Assembly: GCA_002269645.1 (NCBI GenBank)
Contig: NIVC01001106.1
Location: 167,979 to 231,978, forward strand
DNA length: 64,000 nucleotides
Source: Macrostomum lignano
Taxonomy: Eukaryota
Direction: 5' to 3'
Shown here piece by piece: positions 1-14,396 of this stretch. The notes beneath the pieces are model-generated. The model was not told where the DNA came from. It ran no database searches and saw only the letters and a list, made by a program, of their open reading frames with translations. Position 1 is the stretch's first letter, and each line of letters starts with the position of its first letter. Both the position numbers and the translations under genes were made by a program.

Positions 1-100
1 ATCTTGTGAAGTTTAGGTCTTGTGAAGTTTAGGTCTTGTGAAGTTTGGATCTTGTGAAGTTTAGGTCTTGTGAAGTTTAGGTCTTGTAAAGTTTAGGTCT
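1..100. repeat. 16-bp tandem repeat cut by the window edge
   Basis: (TCTTGTGAAGTTTAGG)n; shares TTGTGAAGTTT with the foldback MITE subrepeats. Confidence 0.9.
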
Positions 101-629
101 TAACAAAGCCAGCAAAATAATTGTGCTGAGAACTATATAAAAATCTGGTAACGCAAGAGCCGCGGCAGGGAAATCCATGAGTGGGCTAGCAGTAGTAAGA
201 AATATTTCTACTCCCAAGAACACCTTAGCAACAGTATAAATAAAACTGGAGCAATAACACGCACTCAAGCGGGAAATCGTTAGGGGAGGAAAGAAACAGA
301 AAAAATAGGAGAAAGCTGTGCGCTGTTTTACAAGACTTTCACCACTGCAGCTAAGGTTTTTCCACGAGTTTGTAAACCATGTGCTGCATGCACGAAGCTT
401 GCTCATAAAAATTGAATTGTTTAATTTGGCGAAGGAGGGGCGTATAGAGACCTGCCTCTCAAGCTATGAAGGCATTTGGTTGGTAAATTGGGGCTGAGCA
501 AGCTCACTGGTAAACGCGTTCTGACTGACTCTCGCGCCACGGTCACTGGTTCGATTCCGTGCGCGGCCGCATTCAGTTGGGGCATTTTGTGTGCCAGAAA
601 ATTTGCCGGGATTTTGTCGTGCGATTTCA

Positions 630-2819
<2,190 letters not shown>

Positions 2820-3591
2820 CTATTCCTATAAAAATAATGAGTACTTGAGCACTTCAAGGGAACATTTGCTTAAGATATCCTAAAGCACTGAGGGTTCTGT
2901 GAAGACAAATAAAATTAAAATTAAGTCAACCAAATTGCGCCTGTGCGAACGCAATCGCTACATAAACAGTAGGAACAAAGTAAATTTATTCACTTGATCT
3001 ATAACAGTGAGACATGAGCCAGAACAGTTAACTTATTACAAATAGCTACTGGTAAATCCAAATCTATCTCGTAAGGTTAGCAGAGAAAAACCAATAAAAG
3101 ATGTCATTTAAAAAATAAGACGTCATCTAAAAAAATTAATTAAAAATGCCACGACAACAATTGTTAAAAAGCGACAACAGAAAATGCGCACAACATTCTA
3201 CTAATAGTGGCAGTAAGTAGTACGTTTTCGATTGGAAAAGCTTATTGAGCATCATTTATTGACGAAATAGATATTCCAGCTATAAAGGAAGATGAAAATT
3301 CTTTGTCAATAATTCAAGTAGTTTAGTGGAATTGCGAAACTTGTAATCTACGAGTACTTAAGCGAAATTTTGACACACAGAAAACAAAGAGAAAATTTTA
3401 AGAGAAAATTTCGAGTTTTTTGACAAATTATTTAATATGCAACAAATCTAATTAGATCAAAGGGGGTTCTGTGCGAACAGGTAGACAGATTTTGGACCAA
3501 ACTAAAAGATTTTTGTGTGCGTGACAATGCAGACGGATCACAGACAAACTTTTAGAGTTTAAAAAATATTACATGCTAAGCGGGCATATGA

Positions 3592-4410
3592 TATCTCATG
3601 ACTCAGAAATCCGAACTCTATCTCATGACTCAGAAATCCGAACTCAGCTGAGAATCTCATGACTCAGAAATCCGAACTCAGCTGAGAATCTCATGACTCA
3701 TAAATCCGAACTTAGCTGAGAATCTCATGACTCATAAATCCGAACTCAGCTGAGAATCTCATGACTCAAAAATCCGACTCATCTGAGAATCTCATGACTC
3801 AAAAATCCGACTCATCTGAGAATCTCATGACTCATAAATCCGACTCATCTGAGAATATCATGACTCAGAAATCCGACTCATCTGAGAATCTCATGACTCA
3901 AAAATCCGACTCATCTGAGAATCTCATGACTCAAAAATCCGACTCATCTGAGAATCTCATGACTCATAAATCCGACTCATCTGAGAATATCATGACTCAT
4001 AAATCCGACTCATCTGAGAATCTCGTGACTCATAAATCCGACTCATCTGAGAATATCATGACTCAGAAATCCGACTCATCTGAGAATCTCATGCCTCATA
4101 AATCCGACTCATCTGAGAATCTCATGACTCATAAATCCGACTCATCTGAGAATATCATGACTCATAAATCCGACTCATCTGAGAATCTCATGACTCAAAA
4201 TCCGACTCATCTGAGAATCTCATGACTCATAAATCCGACTCATCTGAGAATCTCATGACTCATAAATCCGACTCATCTGAGAATCTCATGACTCATAAAT
4301 CCGACTCATCTGAGAATCTCGTGACTCATAAATCCGACTCATCTGAGAATATCATGACTCAGAAATCCGACTCATCTGAGAATCTCATGACTCAGAAATC
4401 CAAGCTCATC
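3592..4410. repeat. 33-bp minisatellite, ~24 copies
   Basis: Unit ATCTCATGACTCATAAATCCGACTCATCTGAGA. Confidence 0.97.
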
Positions 4411-4526
4411 TTGAATTCTCACACTAGTGACTCGTGCAGCTGTCAAACTTAGTTTAAAAACTCAAACGGTCTAATAAGCATCATCAGCTCTTGCTCTCAC
4501 TGTGGCTCCGATGCTGGAATAGAAAG

Positions 4527-4568
4527 TTATGAAATACTCTTTTGAAATCTCGCTTGACCAAGCAATGA
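4527..4568 (-). CDS. NMNAT: Possible NMNAT terminal exon 7 (SLLGQARFQKSIS*)
   Basis: Pyrimidine-rich acceptor TTTCTAACTTCCCTGCAG with a branch-like CTAAC; phase 0; stop TAA. Total CDS would be 1254 nt. No homology support. Confidence 0.45.
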   Translation of the reverse strand, partial: SLLGQARFQKSIS

Positions 4569-4629
4569 CTGCAGGGAAGTTAGAAAGAGCTTTGTAATCT
4601 TCTTGGTACATTTATTAAAGATCCTATTA

Positions 4630-6030
4630 TCTTCTCCCCATCTTCCAGCCTCACTCTTCATCTCCCAGCCTCACTCCTCATCTCCCAGCCTCACTCCCCA
4701 TCTCTCAGTCTCACTCCTCATCTCCCAGCCGCACTCTTCATCTCTCAGCCTCACTCCCCATCTCCCAGCCTCACTCCCCATCTCTCAGTCTCACTCCTCA
4801 TCTCCCAGCCTCACTCCTCATCTCTCAGCCTCACTCCTCATCTCCCAGCCGCACTCCTCATCTCTCAGCCTCACTCCCCATCTCCCAGCCTCACTCCCCA
4901 TCTCTCAGTCTCACTCCTCATCTCCCAGCCTCACTCCTCATCTCTCAGCCTCACTCCCCATCTCCCAGCCTCACTCCTCATTTCTCAGTTGCACTCCTCA
5001 TCTCCCATGCTCACTCCCTATCTCCCTACCTCACGCCTCATCTCTCAGCCTCACTCCTCATTTCTCAGTTGCACTCCTCATCTCCCAGGCTCACCTTATC
5101 TCCCAGCCTCACTCCCCATCTTCCAGCCTCACTCCTCATCTCCCAGCCTCACTACTCATCTCCCAGCCTCACTCCCCATCTTCCAGCCTCACTCCTCATC
5201 TCCCAGCCTCACTCCTCATCTTCCAGCCTCACTCCTCATCTTCCAGCCTCACTCCTCATCTTCCAGCCGCACTCCTCATCTCTCAGCCTCACTCCCCATC
5301 TCCCAGCCTCACTCCTCATTTCTCAGTTGCACTCCTCATCTCCCATGCTCACCTTATCTTCCAGCCTCACTCCCCATCTTCCAGCCTCACTCCTCATCTC
5401 CCAGCCTCACTACTCATCTCCCAGCCTCACTCCCCATCTTCCAGCCTCACTCCTCATCTCCCAGCCTCACTCCTCATCTCCCAGCCTCACTCCTCATTTC
5501 TCAGTTGCACTCCTCATCTCCCATGCTCACCTTATCTCCCAGCCTCAATCCCCATCTTCCAGCCTCACTCCTCATCTCCCAGCCTCACTACTCATCTCCC
5601 AGCCTCACTCCCCATCTTCCAGCCTCACTCCCCATCTTCCAGCCTCACTCCTCATCTCCCAGCCTCACTCCTCATCTCCCAGCCTCACTCCCCATCTCTC
5701 AGTCTCACTCCTCATCTCCCAGCCTCACTCCTCATCTCCCAGCCTCACTCCTCATCTCCCAGCCTCACTCCCCATCTTCCAGCCTCACTCCTCATCTTCC
5801 AGCCTCACTCCTCATCTCCCAGCCTCACTCCTCATCTCCCAGCCTCACTCCTCATCTCCCAGCCTCACTCCTCATCTTCCAGCCTCACTCCTCATCTCCC
5901 AGCCTCACTCCTCATCTCCCAGCCTCACTCCTCATCTCCCAGCCTCACTCCTCATCTCCCAGCCTCACTCCCCATCTTCCAGCCTCACTCCTCATCTCCC
6001 AGCCTCACTCCTCATCTTCCAGCCTCACTC
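4630..6030. repeat. 20-bp pyrimidine-rich minisatellite in the last NMNAT intron
   Basis: (CCCAGCCTCACTCCTCATCT)n. Confidence 0.97.
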
Positions 6031-6122
6031 CTTATCACCCAAATGAAATTTGCATTTTATTTTCCCAGCCAGCCCTCAAAAAGAGCTTAGCTATGAATTT
6101 ATCAACAACACAGCCAACTTAC

Positions 6123-6465
6123 CCGGACAGGCCCAGACAACGCTGGCAATGCCGCAACACTAGCAGCATCCTGCTGGAGCGATTGCTGGCGATGACGATC
6201 ATGGCGGCTGTCACCATGCTGCTGCTGCTGAGGCAGACAGTCGGGCGCGTCGCCGCGTTGATCGTCGACCGCTGCCGACGACAAGAAGACGTGCCGTGTT
6301 GAACGGGCGCCGCAGGCGCGGCACTCCTTTCGGATGCGGGCGGCCGGCATCGCCGAGCCGGTCATGCGGGTCTGGCAGCCGCGGCTGCACCGCTGAACTG
6401 CTGCTGCAGCTGCTGAACTCGAGACAGCAGCCTCGGCGGCGTCATCAGATGAGACAGACGACTGT
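6123..6465 (-). CDS. NMNAT: Probable NMNAT exon 6 (non-catalytic C-terminal extension)
   Basis: GC-rich island with acceptor CCCAG (6466) and donor GTAAGT (6122). 343 nt; only the frame required by the phase-2 end of exon 5 gives an open QSSVSSDDAAE...CSRGC...CRAC...SGPVR reading. Confidence 0.72.
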
Positions 6466-6894
6466 CTGGGATTTGTTGAATTTAGGGGTTCCGGAGCTCG
6501 CTAAGATACTTGCAAAAGTAATTTTTTTAAGGAATTTCTCAGGCTTTCTAAGAAATTTTGTAGAAGGGTTTCTTAGAAATCAAGGCGTTTTTAAGAGATA
6601 CCTTAGACAGATGCTAAATAATCTAAAACGATGCTATGACCTATAGATAAATTATTTTATGGCATGGAGATTCCAGGAAATGTAAAAAAAACCATGAAAA
6701 TTCTAGGAAATCCATTGAGATTCTAACAATTTGAAGACATTCTAACTATTTGGAAAGTTTTTAAAAACTCTAGAAAGATTCTAAGAACCCCCTAGAGAGA
6801 TTTAAAACAACTAAATGAGAATCCAAAGATATTTTAGGAAATATTATCGTAAAAAATCCATATTTTAGAAAAATCGGTGAGATTTTATGAAGTC

Positions 6895-8025
6895 TAAGAA
6901 TTCTAGGAAAACCAAGGGGATTCCAGGAAAATCAAGGGGATTCCAGGAAAATCAAGGGGATTCTAGGAAACCAAGGAGATCCTAGGAAAACAAGATTCTA
7001 TGAAATCAAGGGGATTCTAGGAAATAAAGGGGATCATAGGAAAACCAAGGGATTCCAGGAAAATCAAGGGGATTCTAGGAAACCAAGGAGATCCTAGGAA
7101 AACAAGATTCTATGAAATCAAGGAGATTCTAGGAAATAAAGGGGATCATAGGAAAACCAAGGGATTCCAGGAAAATCAAGGGGATTCTAGGAAACCAAGG
7201 AGATCCTAGGAAAACAAGATTCTAGGAAATCAAGAAGATTCTAGGAAAACCAAGGGGATTCCAGGAAAATCAAGGGGATTCTAGGAAACCAAGGAGATCC
7301 TAGGAAAACAAGATTCTAGGAAATCAAGGAGATCCTAGGAAAACCAAGGGGATTCCAGGAAAATCAAGGGGATTCTAGGAAACCAAGGAGATTCTAGGAA
7401 ACCAAGATTCTATGAAATCAAGGAGATTCTAGGAAAACCAAGGAGATTCCAGGAAAACCAAGGAGATTCCAGGAAAACCAAGGAGATCCTAGGAAAACCA
7501 AGGAGATTCCAGGAAAACCAAGGAGATCCTAGGAAAACCAAGGAGATTCCAGGAAAACCGAGGAGATTCCAGGAAAACCAAGGAGATTCCAGGAAAACCA
7601 AGGGGATTCCAGGAAAACCAAGGAGATTCCAGGAAAACCAAGGGGATTCCAGGAAAACCAAAGGGATTCTAGGAAATCAAGGAGATTCCAGGAAAACCAA
7701 GGGGATTCCAGGAAAACCAAAGGGATTCTAGGAAATCAAGGAGATTCCAGGAAAACCAAGGGGATTCCAGGAAAACCAAAGGGATTCTAGGAAATCAAGG
7801 AGATTCTAGGAAAACAAAGGACATTCTAGGAAAACCAAGGGGATTTTAGGAAAACCAAGGACATTCTAGGAAAACCTAGGACATTTTAGGAAAACCTAGG
7901 ACATTCTAGGAAAACCAAGGAGATTCTAGGAAAAAGCAAGGAGATTCCAGGAAAAAAAACCAAGGGGATTCTAGGAAAACCAAGGGGATTTTTAGGAAAA
8001 TCAAGGGGATTTTAGGAAAACCAAA
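6895..8025. repeat. ~20-bp minisatellite in NMNAT intron 5
   Basis: (CTAGGAAAACCAAGGGGATTC)n variants. Confidence 0.95.
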
Positions 8026-8509
8026 CAGACTTTAAAGAATTTCACGGATTAAAAAGAAAGAAATTTGTATACAAGTTCCAAAGTAGAACTTTGGACAAAC
8101 TCTCAAGACAAGCCCCATTCCAGCTTCATCCTTCATCACATACAAAAATATGAAGGTCTGTAGATCCACCCCGAGGCCATATTAGACTGTAGACTTTAAG
8201 CTACATGCATTACATCTTCGCAAACGCGCGCTGATTAAGTTCTGCTTGCAATATGCAGATTGTAATGTTAGTAGCATATACGAGTATCATCTCTACTAAT
8301 CCAAAATTGCCTAGGCGTCTCTAGATCATAACTTCATTTCCCTGGCTCAAGGCTAAGCTAAACATTATCCATTGCTTCTCCTCTCTCACACTTTCTATAT
8401 TACTTAGTTTCTCTAGAGCATTCATGACAACTGCTCATTGGCCAAGCCGAACTTCTCAACTAACACTTTTTGCTGCTTTTTGGCAAAAGAAATAACCTTT
8501 TTTGGTCTG

Positions 8510-8940
8510 TCTCTTCACTGGTCTATCGGTCTGTCACTTCCCTAGTCTATCAGTCTGTCACTTTCCTAGTCTATCAGTCTGTCACTTCCCTAGTCTATCA
8601 GTCTGTCACTTCCCTAGTCTATCAGTCTGTCACTTCTCTAATCTATCAGTCTGTCACTACCCTAGTCTATCAGTCTGTCACTTCCCTAGTCTATCAGTCT
8701 GTCACTTCCCTAATCTATCAGTCTGTCACTTCCCTAGTCTATCAGTCTGTCACTTCCCTAGTCTATCAGTCTGTCACTTTCCTAATCTATCAGTCTGTCA
8801 CTTCCCTAGTCTATCAGTCTGTCACTTCCCTAGTCTATCAGTCTGTCACTACCCTAGTCTATCAGTCTGTCACTTCCCTAATCTATCAGTCTGTCACTTC
8901 CCTAGTCTATCAATCTGTCACTTCCCTAGTCTATCAGCCT
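8510..8940. repeat. 24-bp minisatellite in NMNAT intron 5
   Basis: (CTATCAGTCTGTCACTTCCCTAGT)n. Confidence 0.96.
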
Positions 8941-8992
8941 AGCACGGTCCTGTGAAGTTTCTCTACATCTCAAAACCGCCTCAGCGCCTCAC

Positions 8993-9159
8993 CCATGCCA
9001 GCAGTCTGCCCTGCAGCCGTACAGCCGGTGCCTGTACACGTAGTCAATGACGCTGTCTGGCAGCAGGTAGCGAACACTCTCTCCGCGTCGGAGGGACCGA
9101 CGAATCTGGCTGGAGCTGGTGTCGTTGCAGGACCACTCGGATAGGATCACCAGGTTTTG
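8993..9159 (-). CDS. NMNAT: NMNAT exon 5 (end of catalytic domain)
   Basis: Not in the ORF track. Hand translation QNLVILSEWSCNDTSSSQIRRSLRRGESVRYLLPDSVIDYVYRHRLYGCRADCWH matches the NMNAT C-terminal (IS)S..IRR.L..G.S..YL.PD.V..YI motif. Acceptor TCCAG, donor GG|GTGAGG. Confidence 0.92.
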
Positions 9160-9284
9160 CTGGACGTTAGAAAGATTAAATTAGTGCAAGTAACTTCATT
9201 TCAAACTTTATAGATGCGATTAGTCAAATTAGTTTATTCTTAAAGGGGGTTGAAGATTCGACAAACCAGCTTTCAGCATGGTTG

Positions 9285-9995
9285 AGTCGGGTTTAGGGCG
9301 ATTTTTAATGTTGGGTTTGGGGCGATTCTTGATTTCGGGTTTAGGGCGATTCTTGATGTTGGGTTTAGGGCGATTCTTGATTTCGGGTTTAGGGCGATTC
9401 TTGATGTCGGGTTTAAGGCGATTCTTGATGTCAGGTTTAAGGCGATTCTTGATGTCGGGTTTAGGGCGATTCTTGATGTCGGGTTTAGGGCGATTCTTGA
9501 TGTCGGGTTTAAGGCGATTCTTGATGTCGGGTTTAGGGCGATTCTTGATGTCGGGTTTGGGGCGATTCTTGATGTCGGGTTTGGGGCGATTCTTGATGTC
9601 GGGTTTAAGGCGATTCTTGATGTCGGGTTTAGGGCGATTCTTGATGTCGGATTTAGGGCGATTCTTAAAGTCGGGTTTAAGGCGATTCTTGATGTCAGTT
9701 TAGGGCGATTCTTGATGTCGGGTTTAGGGCGATTCTTGATGTCGGGTTTAAGGCGATTCTTGATGTCAGTTTAGGGCGATTCTTGATGTCGGGTTTAGGG
9801 CGATTCTTGATGTCGGGTTTAGGGCGATTCTTGATGTCGGGTTTAGGGCGATTCTTGATGTCGGGTTTGGGGCGATTCTTGATGTCGGCGTTTAATGCGA
9901 TTCTTAATGTCGGGTTTAGGGCGATTCTTGATGTCGGGTTTAGGGCGATTCTTAATGTCGGGTTTAGGGCGATTCTTGATGTCAGTTTAGGGCGA
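9285..9995. repeat. 24-bp minisatellite in NMNAT intron 4
   Basis: (GGGCGATTCTTGATGTCGGGTTTA)n. Confidence 0.96.
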
Positions 9996-10451
9996 TTGTC
10001 CAGTAATAGCAGCCACAGCAACCCGCCTGGGCGCAGCTCTGCACAAAAGTACATTTCACATACCGCCGAGTTTCCTGCAAACTGCTGACTCACCCAAGTC
10101 ATTATTCATGCGAGAGATTTTGTGGCAAATTAAATTATTAGTTTGTAAGAAGAATCTTTGAAAAAAAGCCAAAACGACACACAGTAAGATGCAGCAGAGA
10201 TAAGAGAGCAGGACAAAACTGGCTTGATGAGGCGTACAGACTCTTTGCTACAAGTTTGCTTGGTGATCAAAATAATGCGACCTTGAAAGGCACGGTTTTC
10301 TGCATGCTATGCTTTTGATTGCATGCTGAATTTCATATTTAACTGACTTTTAAGTCCTTTGATTTCATAATCTCTTTTCTTGCATCTTCTGGTGGGATGG
10401 AAGGCGGCACAGTTTGGGAACAGGTAGATAAAAGTACTGGAAAATTCTCAC

Positions 10452-10553
10452 CTCAAACGGGTTGATCGCGTCGCACTCGTAAATAAACTTTTGCGGGTTG
10501 AAGCCGCTCCTGGCGAGCACAACCATGCCATAGTCGCGGGCAATAGTGACCAT
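10452..10553 (-). CDS. NMNAT: NMNAT exon 4
   Basis: MVTIARDYGMVVLARSGFNPQKFIYECDAINPFE; acceptor TTACAG, donor AG|GTGAGA; 102 nt, phase 0 at both ends. Confidence 0.92.
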
Positions 10554-10689
10554 CTGTAAGATGAAAATGAGACGCGCGTAACGTTTTTTAAACAAAATAC
10601 TAGAATAATACATCAAGAAAATCAAGAAAACAGTTAAAATATAACCGAATTTATAGAGAAGTCTATTAAACTTTATTTACAGAACAAAA

Positions 10690-10930
10690 CTTTCGACTAC
10701 ACTCGAATTTGAATAAAGTGGACGCGAACTTGTGTAAAGTGCACGCGAACTTAATAAGGTACACTCGAACTTGAATAAAGTGCACGCAAACCTAAATGAA
10801 GTTCTTGCGAGTTTGAATAAAGTACACTCGAACTCGAATCAAGTGCAGGTGAACTAGCTAAAAGTGCATGTGAACTTGAATATAGTAAACTAAAAAAAAA
10901 GTGCATGACGACTTGATTTAAGTGCACACA
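10690..10930. repeat. Degenerate ~21-bp repeat in NMNAT intron 3
   Basis: Recurring AAAGTGCACGCGAACTTG variants. Confidence 0.7.
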
Positions 10931-10976
10931 AGCTAAAAAAAGACCACAAAATATTTGACCTATAAATCTAGCTTAC

Positions 10977-11158
10977 ATCCTCGGTGCGCCACAGGCTGGG
11001 CCGGGCGAAGCTGGCCAACAAGTCGGCGCCGCACAGCAGCATCAGTCTGGCCGCTAGTGGCGCCGTCTGACGATCGGCCGAGTCGCCGCCATGGGCGCTG
11101 GCACCGGCGGTGGATTTCAATCGTCTGACGAGTTTTCGCAACCAGATGCACTCCGCGT
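10977..11158 (-). CDS. NMNAT: NMNAT exon 3
   Basis: Contains LMLLCGADLLASFARPSLWRTED (conserved LLCGADLLESF..P.LW). Follows a 74-nt intron; acceptor TTTTAG, donor GTAAGC. Confidence 0.92.
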
Positions 11159-11232
11159 CTAAAAGAGCGAAAGCAGCTAGCAGTTTCCTCAGACCCATGT
11201 TTTTCTATAAAATTTAGAAAATTTAGTCCAAC

Positions 11233-11466
11233 CTGTTTCGTCGCAGCTTTCACCGCCGCTGCCACCTGCAGTGGAGCAGGGCTCCGTCCCGGTCAGCTCG
11301 GCGTCGATAGCCGCCTGGTAGCGGTCCAGCACCTGTCTGGTGGGCGTCCAGCGGCGTCTGGTTGCCTCCCATTTGCCGAGGCGAATCCAGGCGGGTGGCC
11401 CAGCGACAGCTGGCGGAGACAGCGCCAGGCGGAGCATCTCCAGCCTGTGCTCAGCGCTGGCCAGGT
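11233..11466 (-). CDS. NMNAT: NMNAT exon 2
   Basis: DLASAEHRLEMLRLAL...WIRLGKWEATRRRWTPTRQVLDRY resembles the NMNAT HR..M..LA and WE...W..T..VL segments. Acceptor TAG at 11467; 234 nt keeps phase 1; the GTTGGA donor is weak. Confidence 0.88.
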
Positions 11467-11494
11467 CTATGCAAGATGCGGGTTGGGGACTCTG

Positions 11495-11501
11495 ACTGGC
11501 T

Positions 11502-11541
<40 letters not shown>

Positions 11542-11547
11542 CTAGGC

Positions 11548-11608
<61 letters not shown>

Positions 11609-11611
11609 CAT

Positions 11612-11674
<63 letters not shown>

Positions 11675-11677
11675 CAT

Positions 11678-11724
<47 letters not shown>

Positions 11725-11730
11725 CTAGGC

Positions 11731-11791
<61 letters not shown>

Positions 11792-11794
11792 CAT

Positions 11795-11833
<39 letters not shown>

Positions 11834-11835
11834 GC
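11495..11835. repeat. (GACA)n microsatellite
   Basis: Direct reading; lies between the CORE-SINE and the exon 2 acceptor. Confidence 0.97.
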
Positions 11836-11977
11836 TAATGCTGGCACCCATTTTACAGCTGGGTGAACTGAAGCAATGCAGAGTTTAGCGTCTTGCTCAA
11901 GGACAAAACTTGTTCCAGTGGGATCGAGAATTGTGAGTTGTGAGAACAAAACGCTCTGACCACTAGGTTACAATCCC
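11835..11977 (-). mobile_element. CORE-SINE (tRNA head plus CORE domain) in NMNAT intron 1
   Basis: The minus strand reads GTCCTTGAGCAAGACGCTAAACTCTGCATTGCTTCAGTTCACCCAGCTGTAAAATGGGT, close to the MIR/CORE consensus (CCTTGGGCAAGT.ACTTAACCTCTCTG.GCCTCAGTTTCCTCATCTGTAAAATGGG). It follows a degenerate tRNA-like head (TAACCTAGTGG). Confidence 0.75.
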
Positions 11978-12014
11978 ATTTATAATGGCAATAAAAGTTC
12001 ACAATAAAGCCTCA

Positions 12015-12422
<408 letters not shown>

Positions 12423-13845
12423 TTAATGATTTTTTAATTATTATATCCAGCTTAAGTTGCAAAACTGCCTGCAGATATTAGCATTTTTAAAATCTAGATA
12501 AAACAATATTTTTACTATTTTATATGTCAATGGCATCAAAGTTTCAAAAAGGGTATATAGTCTCAGTTTTACTATAAAATTCAATAATAAATGCGAATAT
12601 CTTGTTAAATCTGCTTGAGTAAAATAATATATCATCATTAGCCATAAATATAATTAAGGTTTTTAGAAATATGGTACTTGAATAAAAATCCTTTAGCAAT
12701 AAATTTGCTCTTTTTGTGATTTAGAAATAGAATAGGTACATTTAGTATAGTGGATAAAAAGCTGCTTAAATCCCAAAAGAAACCAAATATGGCTTTATTA
12801 TTCTTATTCAACATGATTTTGAAGCAATGTACCATGTAGTTCCTGTTCTTGGCATATCTTTTTAAATGATTGAATGATATTAGAACTTTGTTTGTTTGTT
12901 CATTAGTTGAACTAATGAAGTCTGTAGATTTTTTTCATCATGTGAATTAAATTGAACATAACTAAAATACCAAACAAAAATTAAATAATTTGTTAAACCC
13001 ACGATTTATAAAAATGTAAAAACATAATTTGCTTTTACCAAGTCCTAAGTATACATAGCCTAGGCAAAGTACGGTATCACAGTATCGGAAATAACGATAC
13101 AATTCTAGCGCTTAAAATGACATTCAGCCAATGGTTCTGCTAAATTGGAAAAGTTTCCAATATTTCCTTCTGACCTATCGTGTAATGTCTAAGGGGTAGG
13201 TTGTTTGTTTGTAGGGAGGGTAGCTCTAGATCGATCTATTTTATATATAGACAGGTGGGCCGCAGAGGCAGCTTAAAACACGACTTCCAACATAAATTAA
13301 ATCTGCGGCAAAACAATCATCAAGCAAGTTAGTGATTTCCTGGTTAAAGTAAATAACTGCAATAAGCTTTTTTTGTACTTTAAGTCTGATTAATTTTTCC
13401 TGTTTCGTTTAGGAAAGGTAAATTAAAAAATAAATTTGTTTAATTATTAAACTGGCCTTCTTTGGAAACATTAAAAAATCGTTAAAACATTTTTTAAAAT
13501 CAAGTTCGCATTTTATTTCGAACAGACCGTTTTATTTTTAGTATATTGAAAATACATTTAAAAATACATTACATTTTGTGTAATAGCATGGATGGGTACA
13601 TTATATATATGTCGTTATAATTTAATGTGCGCAATAAATAATGTTTTTTACTAATGTGAAGAGCATGCATTCTTAAATTCATGATGCTCAATGTAATCAC
13701 GAATGTCTTTTAGAATACATTGAAGCTTAACAGTATTCTTTATGGCGGGTTTTTAGCGCTGTCGCATTTTACTCAAGCGCGGCTTATTATGAATATGATG
13801 CGCGGCTTAAACGATGCACAGTTGCGGACAGAGCAAATTAGAAAA

Positions 13846-14396
13846 GGGTTGCTTTCACAAACCCGAAATTTCACAACCACTAAATCACTTAGTTCCATAA
13901 ACGCGAAAATTCACAACCGAACAATTCACAACCGCTATAAATATGTCATCTACTTTCACAACCGCGAAATTTTACAACCGCTAATTTTTTGTAATCACTT
14001 TCATAAACGCGAAACTTAATTCATAAGCGCGAAACTTCACAAACGCGAAACTTCACAACCGCTAAATATCATCTACTTTAACAACTGCGAAACCGCTAAA
14101 AGACTGCCGTATATGAAAGTAAGTACAAAAATTTTAGCGGTTGTGAAGTTTTGCAGTTGTGAAAGTAGATATTGACATTTAGCGGTTGTGAAGTTTCGCG
14201 TTTATGAAAGTGATTACAAAAAATTAGCGGTTGTGAAGTTTCGCACTATGAAATTTTAGCGCTCGCTTATGAAAGTAGGTGACTTAGCGGTTGTGAAGTT
14301 TTGAGGTTGAGAAGTTTCGAGGCTGTGAAGTTTCGCGTTTATGAAAGCAAGTGCTTTTAGCGCGGTTATGAAATTTCGCGTTTGTGAAACCCACCC
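13846..14396. mobile_element. Foldback-type MITE with modular inverted arms
   Basis: Left arm carries TTCACAACCGC subrepeats and the right arm their reverse complement GCGGTTGTGAA. Termini GGGTTGCTTTCACAAAC and GTTTGTGAAACCCACCC; flanks TTAGAAAA and GTAGAAAA (7/8 TSD). Confidence 0.75.

Noticed and set aside
9990-10102. Possible extra NMNAT exon (track ORF 9695-10102)
   Set aside because: Exon 4 joins exon 5 in frame with continuous NMNAT homology; the ORF runs into a minisatellite.
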